A model generated the notes under the pieces. It made no database searches, was not told where the DNA came from, and was given only the letters and a program-made list of their open reading frames with translations. Shown piece by piece: positions 18,727 through 29,750 of a stretch of DNA of 32,000 bases (positions are counted from its first letter, which is position 1; each line of letters opens with the position of its first letter). The stretch lies in NCBI RefSeq assembly GCF_000175255.2, contig NC_017262.1:330001-362000 (forward strand), written 5' to 3'. The position numbers were made by a program, and so were the translations under genes. Origin of the DNA: Zymomonas mobilis subsp. mobilis ATCC 10988 (GTDB taxonomy: Bacteria; Pseudomonadota; Alphaproteobacteria; Sphingomonadales; Sphingomonadaceae).

Positions 18727-19374
18727 CTAATCTACATTTTCATAAAATTGGCGAATAGGTGAAAAACTCCGGCGATGGAATTTTGTTGGCTTTAATCTTT
18801 GAATGGCTTCACGATGTTCCTTTGTCGGATATCCCATATTGTGTTCCCAACCATAGCCGGGATATTCTTGGCTGGCTTTTACCATTATTTCATCCCGTTC
18901 GACTTTGGCTACAATAGAGGCCGCCGCAATCGACAAAGAAAGACTATCCCCTTTGATAATAGGCAATGATGGCCACGGCCAATCAGGAATATCGCGGCCA
19001 TCCACTAAAATACAATCAGGTTCCCTACCTATTTTTTGTATCAAGGCCTCTACTGCCCGCTTCATCGCCAAAAGACTGGCTTGCCGGATATTGATCCGGT
19101 CAATCTCATGAACATTCGCCATTCCCGTTGCATAATCAGCCTGATTATGCAGCATGTCGGATAAAAGATGGCGACGGCGCGCGGTCAGTTTTTTTGAATC
19201 ATTTATCCCTTCGGGAATATGCTCACGGTGAAGATAAACGGCTCCGGCCATGACAGGGCCCGCTAGAGGGCCTCTGCCAACTTCATCAACCCCGAAAACT
19301 ACGCCTTCGATCCGATCTTCATAAGACAGATCAGGTAGCGTCTTCTTGGAAGTTTTAGGTGAGCCTGCAACCAT
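18727..19374 (-). CDS. rnhB: Ribonuclease HII
   Basis: VFGVDEVGRGPLAGPVMAGAVYL, INDSKKLTARRR, DGRDIP, AAASIVAKVERDEIM, GYGWEHNMGYPTKEH. Confidence 0.95.
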   Translation of the reverse strand: MVAGSPKTSKKTLPDLSYEDRIEGVVFGVDEVGRGPLAGPVMAGAVYLHREHIPEGINDSKKLTARRRHLLSDMLHNQADYATGMANVHEIDRINIRQASLLAMKRAVEALIQKIGREPDCILVDGRDIPDWPWPSLPIIKGDSLSLSIAAASIVAKVERDEIMVKASQEYPGYGWEHNMGYPTKEHREAIQRLKPTKFHRRSFSPIRQFYENVD

Positions 19375-20252
19375 CAGTTATTTTCCAGAAACCAGCGGTC
19401 AAAAGCACTTATGCCTAAAGTATGACCAATAGGCCCATGCCCTTTCCCTAAAGACGGCGCTTTTTCCAAAGCGGTTCTGATATATTGACGCGCCCTAGTA
19501 ATGGCCTCTTTTAAAGGCAATCCTTGCCCCAATGAGGTCGCAATAGCACTAGAAAGGCTACATCCTGTCCCATGGGTATTTTGGGTCGGGATACGGCTAT
19601 CCTGCCATGATATGACCTCGCCATCCGGCATCACTAATCTATCGGTCAAAATTTCGCCTTCACCATGACCGCCTTTTGCCAATATCGGGCAGTCATAATG
19701 CCGTGCCAATTGCTGCGCAGCCGCTATCAACGAGGCATCAGAAGAACAATCCTGTTTTGTCAAAACTTCCAATTCAGGGATGTTCGGCGTAATCAAATCA
19801 GCCCGATACATCAATCGATCAAAGGCTTGGATCGTTTTTTCATCTGCCAAGGCTGATCCACTGGTCGCTACCATTACTGGATCAAGAACAACTGGAATAT
19901 TAGGTATTTTTTCGAGATAATCAGCAACTGCCACGGCAACTTCGCCGCTTCCAATCATGCCGATTTTGATCGCAGAAACCCCAATATCAGTTACCACGGC
20001 GTCTATCTGGGCAATGACCATCTGGGGCGAAATAACGTCAATCGCGGAAACACCTTGGGTATTTTGCGCGGTTAAAGAGGTAATCGCGGTCAGGGCATGA
20101 CCACCCAGCATAGTAATTGACCGAATATCGGCCTGAATCCCTGCCCCTCCGCCGGAATCAGAACCGGCAATGGTCAGAATACGCGCCGGTTGATCGACGC
20201 TAATTTCCGGTATTTTAGGCTGCACGACGAACGGTCTCACATATATGGTCAA
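19374..20252 (-). CDS. thiD: Hydroxymethylpyrimidine/phosphomethylpyrimidine kinase; N-terminus uncertain
   Basis: [87 protein letters not shown] start in the track; overlaps both glmM and rnhB. Confidence 0.93.
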   Translation of the reverse strand: MTIYVRPFVVQPKIPEISVDQPARILTIAGSDSGGGAGIQADIRSITMLGGHALTAITSLTAQNTQGVSAIDVISPQMVIAQIDAVVTDIGVSAIKIGMIGSGEVAVAVADYLEKIPNIPVVLDPVMVATSGSALADEKTIQAFDRLMYRADLITPNIPELEVLTKQDCSSDASLIAAAQQLARHYDCPILAKGGHGEGEILTDRLVMPDGEVISWQDSRIPTQNTHGTGCSLSSAIATSLGQGLPLKEAITRARQYIRTALEKAPSLGKGHGPIGHTLGISAFDRWFLENN

Positions 20253-21552
20253 CGATCTGATGCACCAGATCAGGGTCTTCGGCTTCCGCCATGACGCGGA
20301 TTAAAGGCTCGGTTCCCGATTTACGGATCAGCAACCGTCCCTTGCCCTTCAGGCTTTCTTCTGCCTCGGATATCGCTTCACAGACAGATTCATCCTCAAG
20401 AGGCTGTCCACTGCTATAACGAACATTTTTCAAAAGCTGGGGGAACGGATCAAAAACATGCAGCAATTCGCTGGCCTTTTTATCGCTTTGAACCAAATCA
20501 GCCAAAACCTGCAAAGCTGCAACCAGTCCATCTCCTGTCGTTGTGTGATAAGACAGAATGATATGACCGGATTGCTCACCGCCGACAGTATAGCCCCCTG
20601 CCCGCATTGCTTCGACGACATGGCGATCGCCTACTTGGGTGCGTAAAAGCTGAATACCCAATTTGGATAAATAGCGTTCCAGCCCCAAATTAGACATAAC
20701 GGTCGCAACCGTCGTATTCCCTTTTAACAAATTCCGTTTTTGGGCAGAGGTTGCGATCAAAGCCATGATCTGATCGCCATCGACAATCTCGCCTTTTTCA
20801 TCGACGATGATGACACGATCAGCGTCGCCATCAAGGGCAATGCCTAAATCCGCACGCGTTTCCAGCACTTTCTTTTGCAAAGCCGAAGGATCAGTCGAAC
20901 CGCAATGGTCATTGATATTAAGACCATTAGGCGCAACGCCCAAAGTAATCACCTCAGCCCCTAATTCCCATAGAACGGCGGGGGCAACCTGATAGGCTGC
21001 GCCATTGGCGCAATCCAGAACCAAACGCAATTTATCCAACCGTAAAGATTCAGGAAAACTCGATTTCACCGCATGGATATAGCGCCCCTGCGCATCGTCA
21101 ATACGCCGCGCCCGCCCAATATCGGCAGGGGCTGCCAATAGAGGCGGCTGGTCAATCGCCTCTTCGATCGCTTTTTCTTCCTCTTCCGATAATTTATAGC
21201 CATTGGGGCCAAAAAGTTTGATGCCGTTATCGGAAAAAGGATTGTGGCTGGCAGAAATCATAACACCCAGATCAGCCCGCATTGATCGGGTCAAAAGAGC
21301 TACCCCCGGGGTTGGCAGAGGGCCTACCAGAACAACATCCATCCCAACACTGGTAAAACCCGCCATCAAAGCGGATTCTACCATATAGCCGGATAATCGG
21401 GTATCTTTCCCAATTAGGACACGATGACGATGCAGCCCCCGTTTAAAATAGGCACCGGCGGCCTGCCCTACTCTCATCGCAACATCGGCTGTCATCGGAT
21501 CCTTGTTCGTGCAACCACGGATACCATCCGTTCCAAAATATTGCCGTGACAT
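20215..21552 (-). CDS. glmM: Phosphoglucosamine mutase
   Basis: [78 protein letters not shown]. Confidence 0.96.
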   Translation of the reverse strand: MSRQYFGTDGIRGCTNKDPMTADVAMRVGQAAGAYFKRGLHRHRVLIGKDTRLSGYMVESALMAGFTSVGMDVVLVGPLPTPGVALLTRSMRADLGVMISASHNPFSDNGIKLFGPNGYKLSEEEEKAIEEAIDQPPLLAAPADIGRARRIDDAQGRYIHAVKSSFPESLRLDKLRLVLDCANGAAYQVAPAVLWELGAEVITLGVAPNGLNINDHCGSTDPSALQKKVLETRADLGIALDGDADRVIIVDEKGEIVDGDQIMALIATSAQKRNLLKGNTTVATVMSNLGLERYLSKLGIQLLRTQVGDRHVVEAMRAGGYTVGGEQSGHIILSYHTTTGDGLVAALQVLADLVQSDKKASELLHVFDPFPQLLKNVRYSSGQPLEDESVCEAISEAEESLKGKGRLLIRKSGTEPLIRVMAEAEDPDLVHQIVDHICETVRRAA

Positions 21553-21624
21553 GCGCGATTACCGTCCTTTCCGATCAAACTTTAAGACTTACAGCCGCCA
21601 GAATGAAGAAGAAGTCTCGCAAGA

Positions 21625-23118
21625 CTACGCCTCATTTTCGTGCAACAGCTTTTTCAAAACAGGTGTCAAAACAAATATGCCTCCGCCAAATACAACGGAA
21701 AGCCAACCGATAGAAGAATAAACATTCAGAATATTGTGAAATCCATCGCCGCTACCATTACTGGTCATCTTGGCAATCATTCCGGCACCATATTCCCCAA
21801 AAGCAGTCGAGAAAAACCACGTTCCAACCATCAAGCCAGCCATATGCACAGGTGACAAGCGGGTAATAGCCGCTAATCCTACTGGCGACAGGCATAATTC
21901 ACCAAGGGTATGGAAAAGATAAATCAGGAAAATAAAGAGAACCGGCGTTAATTGATGGGCATTCATTTTGGCTCCGGCCACCAGAACCAGAAAACCAAGC
22001 CCCAAGCCGACTAGCCCCATACCAAATTTAAAAAAAGTAGACGGCTCTAAATTCCGTTTATTCAACCATGTCCAAAGACCAGCCATCACAGGTGCCAAAA
22101 GAATGATATAGATCGAATTAAGAGACTGAAACATCGAGGTCGCAATATCCACACCCGCGATATGACGGTCGGTATAGCGATCGGTGAACATATTCAGCGA
22201 GGATCCTGCCTGCTCAAACAAAGACCAAAAAAGCACCGATCCAATCATTAAAATCATAGCAGCAAAAAGCCGATCACGGGCAATAGACGGCAAACGAATG
22301 GCAGAATAAAAGATATAGATAACCAAAAAGATACCGATAATACCCAGCAATTGCCCGACAATCTGATAATAGTTAAGCAAAATCCCCGAAAAGACGATAG
22401 CGGTAACACTGAGGATATAAATCCAAATTTCTTTTGAAAGGCCGAAAACTTTTTGTGCCAATTTTTCAGGACAGGCAGATTCCCCTCGTCCCTTCAAAAG
22501 TGGACGGCAAAAAACAAAAATCAGAAGACCGATAGCCATGCCAACGCCAGCCATACCGAAACCATAACGCCAGCCGTATTTTTCTCCGACATAGCCACAA
22601 ATCAACGGGCCCAATGCACCGCCAAGATTGATCCCCATATAAAAAATGGTAAAGGCCGGATCACGTCTCAGATCATTTTTATCATATAGGCTGCCGACAA
22701 TCGCCGAAATATTGCCTTTTAAAAATCCGGTTCCGACAATGATAAAGGCCAAGGCGATATAAAAACAATTTACAGCCAAAGACTGATTGCCGCCATTGCC
22801 TTCAAAACCCATTAAAAAATGGCCGATGGTAATCAATACCGCGCCATAAAGAACGGCTTTTCGCCCTCCTAAAAGTTTATCGGCAATAAAACCGCCGATA
22901 ACTGGCATAATATAGACCAAGGAGGCATAGGCCGCATAAATACTATAAGATTTACTATCACTGAAAAGAAAATGTTTGGTTAAGTAAAATATCAGAAGCG
23001 CTCTCATTCCATAGAATGAAAATCTTTCCCACATTTCGGTGAAAAATAGTAAAAATAAACCTGGCGGATGCCCGATGATTGTTTTTTCTTGGTCTGTTCT
23101 GTTTTTTGATAGCAACAA
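21625..23118 (-). CDS. POT/PTR2 family proton-dependent peptide MFS transporter
   Basis: HPPGLFLLFFTEMWERFSFYGMRALLIFYL, GGFIADKLLGGRKAVLYGA, GTGFLKGNISAIVGSLY, FTIFYMGINLGGALGPLICGYVGE, LYLFHTLGELCLSPVGLAAITRLSP (here LIYLFHTLGE). Confidence 0.94.
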   Translation of the reverse strand: MLLSKNRTDQEKTIIGHPPGLFLLFFTEMWERFSFYGMRALLIFYLTKHFLFSDSKSYSIYAAYASLVYIMPVIGGFIADKLLGGRKAVLYGAVLITIGHFLMGFEGNGGNQSLAVNCFYIALAFIIVGTGFLKGNISAIVGSLYDKNDLRRDPAFTIFYMGINLGGALGPLICGYVGEKYGWRYGFGMAGVGMAIGLLIFVFCRPLLKGRGESACPEKLAQKVFGLSKEIWIYILSVTAIVFSGILLNYYQIVGQLLGIIGIFLVIYIFYSAIRLPSIARDRLFAAMILMIGSVLFWSLFEQAGSSLNMFTDRYTDRHIAGVDIATSMFQSLNSIYIILLAPVMAGLWTWLNKRNLEPSTFFKFGMGLVGLGLGFLVLVAGAKMNAHQLTPVLFIFLIYLFHTLGELCLSPVGLAAITRLSPVHMAGLMVGTWFFSTAFGEYGAGMIAKMTSNGSGDGFHNILNVYSSIGWLSVVFGGGIFVLTPVLKKLLHENEA

Positions 23119-23371
23119 ACTGTCCCCCCTTACTGAATAGGCAGTCTCGGCTCAACACAGCCTTTCTGCCTTTTTTCAACCCTGCTTCTTTGGGAACAGA
23201 ATATTTTCTTTTTTGCAAGGACGATTTTATCGACCTGCGCTATCGATTTTTGGAATCCCTTCCAGAAACCGCCTGTTTTTGTCTTTTCTTCACACAGATA
23301 CAGATAAAAAATCAGGCACCGAAGGCGATAAAGCCCCCGATGCCTGACAGAAAATTCAAAATAATAAGATA

Positions 23372-25663
23372 TTATTTTGCTTTTTCTTCTGCACGCATTT
23401 CTTTTGCTGCGGCAACCATCGCTAACAAGGAAGGTTTCACTTCTTCCCAGCGACGCGTTTTCAGACCGCAGTCAGGATTGACCCACAAACGGTCAGCCGG
23501 AAGATATTTCCGAGCCAAACGAAGAAGGTTAACCATTTCTTCAACAGACGGGATACGCGGTGAATGGATGTCATAAACACCGGGGCCAATCTGGTTCGGA
23601 TATTGATAGCTGGCAAAAGCCTGCAACAATTCCATCTGCGAACGAGCGGTCTCAATGGAAAGCGCATCGGCATCCATGGCGGCGATAGAAGGCAGGATGT
23701 CGTTAAATTCAGAATAGCACATATGGCTATGAATCTGCGTATCATCCCGAACACCAGAAGCCGTCAGACGGAAGGATTCAACTGCCCAATCCAGATAGGT
23801 CTGCCATTCGGCACGACGCAAAGGCAAACCTTCACGAAGAGCGGCTTCATCGATCTGAATGATTTTTGCGCCAGCGGCTTCCAAATCAACCACTTCGTCA
23901 CGGATAGCCAAAGCCAACTGACGGCAGCTGACTGAACGCGGCTGATCGTTACGGACGAAAGACCAGTTCAAAATGGTCACAGGGCCCGTCAACATGCCTT
24001 TAACAGGCTTTTCGCTCTGCTGCTGCGAGAATGACCACCAATCGACCGTCATCGCTTTCGGGCGGGTCACATCACCGAACAGGATCGGCGGACGGACACA
24101 ACGGGAACCATAGCTCTGCACCCAACCATTGTTGGTAAAGGCAAAACCATCCAGCTGTTCACCGAAATACTGAACCATGTCGTTACGTTCAAATTCACCA
24201 TGAACCAGAACGTCAAGACCGATTTCTTCCTGCCAACGGATGGTAGCGGCGGTCTGTTCACGCAAGAACTGCGTGTAACCGGCATTGTCCAATTCACCAC
24301 GACGGTTTTTGGCGCGTGCCTGACGGACTTCCGAAGTCTGCGGGAAAGAACCAATGGTCGTCGTCGGATAGAGCGGCAGATTCAGCTTTGCCTGCTGCGC
24401 TGCGGCACGAACCGGATAAGGGCTCTGACGCTTTGCCATGTCAGGCGTTACAGCAGCCAGACGCTTGGCTACGGCTTCGTTATGAATACGCGGCGAAGAA
24501 CGACGGTTTTTAGCCGCTTTAGTGGAAGCAGCCAGTTCTTCAGCCACTTCATTCCGGCCTTTAGTCAAAGCCGTTTTCAGGACAGCCAGTTCTTCGAGCT
24601 TCTGCTGAGCAAAAGCCAACCACTGCGTGATTTCGGGATCAATCTTCTTTTCAGCTTTCAGATCAACCGGCACATGCAGCAAAGAACAAGACGGAGCCAG
24701 AACCAGATCACGCTTTTCAGCCAGAGGTTCAATCCAGTCCACAAGCGCATCGAGATCGGCGCGCCAGATATTGCGGCCATCAATGACACCCAAAGACAAA
24801 ACCGTGTCAGGACGGACTTTGGTCAACAGCGCATCATAATCATCGCTACCACGGATCAGATCGACGTGGATACCCGCAACCGGCAAAGAGGTTAACAGGT
24901 CGATATTTTCAGCGACACGACCAAAATAGGTGGTCAGCATCAAAGACACGCCGGTTTTAGACAGAACGTCATAAGCCTTTTTGAAGGCTGCCCGCTGCTT
25001 GTCATTCAGATCAAGAACAAAAGCCGGTTCGTCAATCTGAACCCATTTGGCACCCGCTTTGGCAAGGCTCGTCAAAACCTCGGTGTAAATAGCCAAAACG
25101 TCATCGAGATAATCGAACGGATCGACATCGCGACCTTTCGCAAGGCTCAACCACGTAACGGGGCCCAAAACGACAGGACGGGTTTCGACACCAGCGGCTT
25201 TAGCTTCGTTATAAAGATCCAAAGCCTTGGTCGAAGCCAGGCTGAATTTCTGCCCCTTGACTAATTCAGGCACCATATAGTGATAATTGGTGTCGAACCA
25301 TTTGGTCATTTCCATAGCGGTGACGCTGTTTTCAGCAGAGGTCGTGCCGCGAGCCATGGCGAAATAGGTAGCCAGATCGACTTTTCCACCTTTGAAACCA
25401 TAGCGTTCCGGCACAGCGCCCAACATGACCGTGGTATCAAGAACGTGATCGTAGAAGGAGAAGTCATTGCTTGGAATATAGTCAATTCCAAGATTTTTCT
25501 GCTTCAGCCAGGTTTCGCGACGCAGGGAAGCGGCTGTTTCTTTCAGCTCGGCTTCGCTGCTACGGCCACCCCAGAAACTTTCAAGTGCGAATTTCAATTC
25601 GCGATTCGGGCCAATTCTTGGGAAACCCAAATTAGCAATGGTAACGCTCATTTTTCTCTTCAA
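23372..25663 (-). CDS. metE: 5-methyltetrahydropteroyltriglutamate--homocysteine methyltransferase (B12-independent methionine synthase)
   Basis: 763-aa ORF: [101 protein letters not shown]. Confidence 0.97.
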   Translation of the reverse strand: MKRKMSVTIANLGFPRIGPNRELKFALESFWGGRSSEAELKETAASLRRETWLKQKNLGIDYIPSNDFSFYDHVLDTTVMLGAVPERYGFKGGKVDLATYFAMARGTTSAENSVTAMEMTKWFDTNYHYMVPELVKGQKFSLASTKALDLYNEAKAAGVETRPVVLGPVTWLSLAKGRDVDPFDYLDDVLAIYTEVLTSLAKAGAKWVQIDEPAFVLDLNDKQRAAFKKAYDVLSKTGVSLMLTTYFGRVAENIDLLTSLPVAGIHVDLIRGSDDYDALLTKVRPDTVLSLGVIDGRNIWRADLDALVDWIEPLAEKRDLVLAPSCSLLHVPVDLKAEKKIDPEITQWLAFAQQKLEELAVLKTALTKGRNEVAEELAASTKAAKNRRSSPRIHNEAVAKRLAAVTPDMAKRQSPYPVRAAAQQAKLNLPLYPTTTIGSFPQTSEVRQARAKNRRGELDNAGYTQFLREQTAATIRWQEEIGLDVLVHGEFERNDMVQYFGEQLDGFAFTNNGWVQSYGSRCVRPPILFGDVTRPKAMTVDWWSFSQQQSEKPVKGMLTGPVTILNWSFVRNDQPRSVSCRQLALAIRDEVVDLEAAGAKIIQIDEAALREGLPLRRAEWQTYLDWAVESFRLTASGVRDDTQIHSHMCYSEFNDILPSIAAMDADALSIETARSQMELLQAFASYQYPNQIGPGVYDIHSPRIPSVEEMVNLLRLARKYLPADRLWVNPDCGLKTRRWEEVKPSLLAMVAAAKEMRAEEKAK

Positions 25664-25728
25664 CCCCGAAAAGAAACCAGTTTCAAAAGCCTGTTTCCAG
25701 TTTTCAAAACCGATAGTGGATGACTTGG

Positions 25729-25907
25729 TTTAAGGCAGGTCTCCTGACTTGACAGGTCACCGCGTCCGATCAGCCTTCCCGATAATGATATCAGTGGCAT
25801 TTTGATCTTTGCTCGCCGTTTACAGTTGCGGGGGCAGCACTGGCTTTGAAAATTCTTTCGCACCAGTTTCCCTCTTAGCTTTGCCAATGACAAAGAACCT
25901 TAATCCT
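25729..25907 (-). promoter_or_regulatory. Cobalamin (B12/adenosylcobalamin) riboswitch upstream of metE
   Basis: Minus strand: GGAAGGATTAAGGTTC..GAAACTGGTGCGAAA..AGCCAGTGCTGCCCCCGCAACTGTAAACGGCGAGC..TGCCACTG..CGGGAAGGC..GTCAGGAGACCTGCCTTAA. B12 box and the terminal AGACCTGCC are conserved; TTAAGG/CCTTAA can form P1. Confidence 0.93.
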
Positions 25908-26080
25908 TCCTCATTGCTCTCCGATCGAGAGGCAAAGGTCAAGCTAAATATAAAGATGTGTTTATATGTTTATTTTTTAATTACAGGAAAATAACGCTTG
26001 GCAGGATAAAAAAGAAAAGATTTTCACCCCATAAATAGGGAAAACTTGCAGAAGTGACCGACAAAGGATAGCCGAAAGCG

Positions 26081-27070
26081 ATGAATGCGTTTTTTTCTTC
26101 GAATGAAACAATAATCCTGCCCTGTGACTCAAAAGGCATCGAAAAAGCGGTGCAACTGATTCGGGGAGGCTATCCTGTGGGTCTTCCCACGGAAACGGTT
26201 TACGGCCTAGCGGCCGATGCGTTTTCAGGCGAAGCTGTCGCCCGTATTTATCAGGCCAAGGGGCGACCTTCTTTTAATCCGCTAATCGTTCATATTGCCC
26301 ATATCGAGCAGGCAGCGGAAATCGTCGAATTTAACGATGAGGCCTTGTCTTTGGCGCAAAAATTCTGGCCGGGGGCATTAACAATGGTTTTGCCTTTGAA
26401 AAAAGATGCAAAAATTGCCTCTATTGTGACGGCTGGACTTGATACCGTTGCGATCAGAATGCCTTCTCATCCGGTAATGCGCCAAGTGATAAAAGCCTTT
26501 GGTCATCCTTTGGCAGCGCCTTCTGCCAATAAAAGTGGCTCTATCAGCCCAACCACAGCCCTTCATGTCAAAGAATCGCTTAATGGAAAGATCGCAGCGG
26601 TGCTTGATGGGGGTATCGCCGACAAAGGCCTTGAATCCACTATTATCTATATCGGGGCAGATGAGATAAAATTACTGCGTCCGGGACCCATCACCAGCGA
26701 AGAACTGGCTCAATCAAGCCACCTGCCGATTACCGAATATAAAGCCGATGGCCAAAATCCTGTCGCACCGGGGCAGTTAGTCAGCCATTACGCCCCCAGC
26801 CAGCCAGTGCGGTTAAATATATCTCAAAAAGAGGCGGATGAATGGCTTATTGGCTTTGGAGATATTGCCGGTGACGACAATCTTTCTCCTTCTGGTGATT
26901 TGACCGAGGCCGCTGCCCATTTATTCTCGGCACTGCATCGCGGCGAAAAAAGTGCTTACCCACGTATTGCGATTGCGCCCATTCCCTTAGAGGGCATTGG
27001 GAAAGCCATCAATGACCGTCTGGGGCGTGCTGCTGCGCCACGAGATGAACAAAATACCTCACAGAGATAA
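26081..27070 (+). CDS. L-threonylcarbamoyladenylate synthase (Sua5/YwlC/TsaC type)
   Basis: GGYPVGLPTETVYGLAADAFSGEAVARIYQAKGRPSFNPLIVHI, FWPGALTMVLPL, VAIRMPSHPV, PLAAPSANKSGSISPT, GLESTIIYI, LRPGPIT plus C-terminal Sua5 domain. Confidence 0.93.
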   Translation: MNAFFSSNETIILPCDSKGIEKAVQLIRGGYPVGLPTETVYGLAADAFSGEAVARIYQAKGRPSFNPLIVHIAHIEQAAEIVEFNDEALSLAQKFWPGALTMVLPLKKDAKIASIVTAGLDTVAIRMPSHPVMRQVIKAFGHPLAAPSANKSGSISPTTALHVKESLNGKIAAVLDGGIADKGLESTIIYIGADEIKLLRPGPITSEELAQSSHLPITEYKADGQNPVAPGQLVSHYAPSQPVRLNISQKEADEWLIGFGDIAGDDNLSPSGDLTEAAAHLFSALHRGEKSAYPRIAIAPIPLEGIGKAINDRLGRAAAPRDEQNTSQR

Positions 27071-27098
27071 GCTGAAAACATTTATCAAGACTTAGAGA

Positions 27099-27641
27099 CT
27101 AGGTGCTTGCTTGTTTTTTTATTCTATCTTGGTGACTTTTTCGGAATTTGGCTATTTTGGGGGCAACAACAATCGAGCAATAGCGATTTTCTTGTCCTTT
27201 TTGATAAAAATAGTCCTGATGATAGGCTTCGGCAGGATAAAAAATACTGGCAGGCTCAATCTTGGTTACAATCGGCTTTTTACTATGGGCTTGCGCTTTC
27301 ACAATCGCATCTTGAGCAACCTGCTCCTGCACTTTATCAAGCGGGAAAATAGCGGAACGATATTGAACGCCGATATCATCCCCCTGCCTGTTCAGCTGCG
27401 TCGGGTCATGAATATCAAAGAACAGATCAAGAATATCGCTATAGCTGATCTTTTCGGGATCAAAAGTCAAACGGACGGCCTCGGCATGTCCGGTTTTGCC
27501 TTCACAAACCTGTTCATAGCTGGGATTCGGGACATCCCCTCCGATATAGCCACTTTCTACGGATATTATTCCAATAATATCTTTAAAAATGGCTTCAATG
27601 CACCAGAAACAACCACCGGCTAATATCGCTTGCTTTTCCAT
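27099..27641 (-). CDS. msrA: Peptide-methionine (S)-S-oxide reductase
   Basis: AILAGGCFWCIEAIFKDIIGIISVESGYIGG, YEQVCEGKTGHAEAVRLTFD, HDPTQLNRQGDDIGVQYRSAIF, AEAYHQDYF. Confidence 0.95.
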   Translation of the reverse strand: MEKQAILAGGCFWCIEAIFKDIIGIISVESGYIGGDVPNPSYEQVCEGKTGHAEAVRLTFDPEKISYSDILDLFFDIHDPTQLNRQGDDIGVQYRSAIFPLDKVQEQVAQDAIVKAQAHSKKPIVTKIEPASIFYPAEAYHQDYFYQKGQENRYCSIVVAPKIAKFRKSHQDRIKKQAST

Positions 27642-27922
27642 AAACAAGGAACGGGCAATATTTAAAAAAGTTTCTTTTCCATATCCGATTCTATCAAGCT
27701 GATTCTTTAAAAATAGAAAAATCGACTGATACCGAATGAATAAGGCTCAATAGGTTTCGTTCTTTGATCTTCTAAAATTTTGGCGTTTTCTCTAACAGAG
27801 AGCCCTCTCTTCTCTCCCCCAAAAAACGACGAGTAGCACGGCAAAAACAAGGTAAATAATAGAGATCGTGGGCAACAAACGCCTAAAATAAATCTGGTTA
27901 TCGGAAGTTAAGCAAAACACAT

Positions 27923-27959
27923 AAAAAAACGCCGCCTGTTGAAACAGACGGCGTTTTTA
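27923..27959 (-). terminator. Intrinsic terminator downstream of eda
   Basis: Minus: AAAAACGCCGTCTG TTTC AACAGGCGGCGTTTTTTT; GC-rich stem with one mismatch and flanking A/T runs. Confidence 0.8.
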
Positions 27960-27979
27960 AGGCAATAGCTATTGCGCTA

Positions 27980-28606
27980 TTAGGCAACAGCAGCGCGCTT
28001 GAAAGCAGAAGCTTCTTTAGCGAGTGCCGTGATTTTTGCGACATCTGGTTTGCCAGCCGGAACAACCCAGCTACCACCGACGCAAAGAATGGACGGGTTT
28101 TCAAGATATTTAGGAGCTGACGTCGGGGTGATACCACCGGTCGGGCAGAAACGAACCTGACGGAAAACAGAAGCCATGGACTTCAGGGCAGGTAAACCAC
28201 CGATATTTTCAGCCGGGAAGAATTTGAAGCGATCAAGACCAAGGTCAAGACCAAGCATGACATCAGCAGCATTAGCAACACCCGGAAGCAAAGCAGCTTT
28301 CTGGGCAACAGCATGCTTACCGAGGTCAGCGGTCAGACCCGGGCTAACGAAAAATTCGCAACCAGCTTCCTGAGCTTGGTCGAGCATTTTTGCGTTCAGA
28401 ACCGTACCGGCACCAACAACGGCACCCGGAACTTCTTTCATGATCTTGATGGCTTCAAGAGCACAAGGGGTGCGAAGCGTTACTTCAAGAACGTTCAGAC
28501 CACCAGCAACCAAAGCTTCTGCGATAGGTTTTGCATCAGCAATATCTTCAATGACGAGGACCGGCATAACCGGTGCCAAACGCATTACGGAATCGATATC
28601 ACGCAT
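27980..28606 (-). CDS. eda: 2-dehydro-3-deoxy-6-phosphogluconate (KDPG) aldolase, Entner-Doudoroff pathway
   Basis: MRDIDSVMRLAPVMPVLVIEDIADAKPIAEALVAGGLNVLEVTLRT..VGAGTVLNAKML..FFVSPGL..RFKFFPAE..FCPTGGI. AGGAG precedes ATG at 28606; the track ORF starts further upstream. Confidence 0.97.
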   Translation of the reverse strand: MRDIDSVMRLAPVMPVLVIEDIADAKPIAEALVAGGLNVLEVTLRTPCALEAIKIMKEVPGAVVGAGTVLNAKMLDQAQEAGCEFFVSPGLTADLGKHAVAQKAALLPGVANAADVMLGLDLGLDRFKFFPAENIGGLPALKSMASVFRQVRFCPTGGITPTSAPKYLENPSILCVGGSWVVPAGKPDVAKITALAKEASAFKRAAVA

Positions 28607-28607
28607 C

Positions 28608-29750
28608 TTAGACTCCTGCTTTATTTCCCTTAGGGGTTCGTTGAATTGCATCTACCCCATCGACCAAAAAATCAAGTTTTTTACGCTGCGGCATCGTAAA
28701 TCTTGTGTGCGCGATGGTCTCTGGCATGTTCTCGGCAATAAAACGCAGCATCTGTTCACGGATGTCACAACAGAGATCCCAAGAGGAAGGCGCATCCCTC
28801 GCTGTCGCCAATAAACGCAACTCGATATATTCCGGTTTCATGTCACTCACTTGCAAAATATAGGAGCGACCGTCCCATAAGGCATTGGAAGTAACCACTT
28901 TTTTCATATGCTCACGCAATCTTTCGACATCAGCCAAAGGATCGACATATAAAAAAACCTTGCCGATAAGCTGCTCGGCTTCTCTCGTCCAATTCTCAAA
29001 AGGCGCTTCCAAAAAACGCGCCAAAGGCACAATAACGCGCCTCTCATCCCACAAACGGACAGTGACATAGGTTAATGTGATTTTTTCTATCCAACCCCAA
29101 TCGCCCGTCTCAACAATAACCAGATCATCAATACGGATAGGCTCGGTAAAGGCGACTTGAATACCGGCAATCAGATTTTTTAACATGGGTTGGGCGGCGG
29201 CACCGACAGCCAAACCGACCAATCCCGCCGAAGCCATCAGGGTGACCCCGATATTACGCACCGCCGGAATCGTCATCATCATAATGCCAACCGTCACCAT
29301 GATGATAAGAAAGGAACCGACTCGCATCATAATCGACATACGGGTGCGTTGCCGCCTTGATGCCAATTTTCGGCTTTCATTGCCTTCGACTGACCGCCGA
29401 CTTTTGATATCGACAATATCACTGATCGCATGCAGCAAAGCCAAGGCCAGCCATCCGGCTATAGCCGGAACCGCAAAGGCCTCTATCCGGCTAAGCAAAC
29501 TTTCGCCGATTTTACCAAAAGGCAGAATTTGTTGCGATATATAAACGCCGATAAGACCGGATATCCATCGAAAGGGCGATGTCAGCTTATCCAGCCATAT
29601 TTTGGCAATCGGATTGTCTTTATTCTCAACAATTTTACGAATAAGACGCAAAATGAAACGATAAAGGGCAAGGCTCGCAAAGATACAAAGACACAAAACC
29701 AGCATTGTCTGGACAGAAATCGGCAAGCTACGGATAAGATAATCAGACAA
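28608..29750 (-). CDS. MscS-family mechanosensitive ion channel
   Basis: 380-aa ORF with N-terminal TM helices, VGLAVGAAAQPMLKNLIAGIQVAFTEPIRIDDLVIVETGDWGWIEKITLTYVTVRLWDERRVIVPLARFLE. Confidence 0.9.
   Translation of the reverse strand: MSDYLIRSLPISVQTMLVLCLCIFASLALYRFILRLIRKIVENKDNPIAKIWLDKLTSPFRWISGLIGVYISQQILPFGKIGESLLSRIEAFAVPAIAGWLALALLHAISDIVDIKSRRSVEGNESRKLASRRQRTRMSIMMRVGSFLIIMVTVGIMMMTIPAVRNIGVTLMASAGLVGLAVGAAAQPMLKNLIAGIQVAFTEPIRIDDLVIVETGDWGWIEKITLTYVTVRLWDERRVIVPLARFLEAPFENWTREAEQLIGKVFLYVDPLADVERLREHMKKVVTSNALWDGRSYILQVSDMKPEYIELRLLATARDAPSSWDLCCDIREQMLRFIAENMPETIAHTRFTMPQRKKLDFLVDGVDAIQRTPKGNKAGV

Noticed and set aside
23564-23935. Plus-strand 123-aa ORF antisense to metE
   Set aside because: Shadow ORF with no SD or domain signature.
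24200-24895. Plus-strand 231-aa ORF antisense to metE
   Set aside because: It is the antisense shadow of the well-supported metE; composition is Arg/Thr/Gln-rich with no recognisable domain.
28313-28814. Plus-strand ORFs over eda and the MscS channel gene (106 and 124 aa)
   Set aside because: Antisense to well-supported genes.
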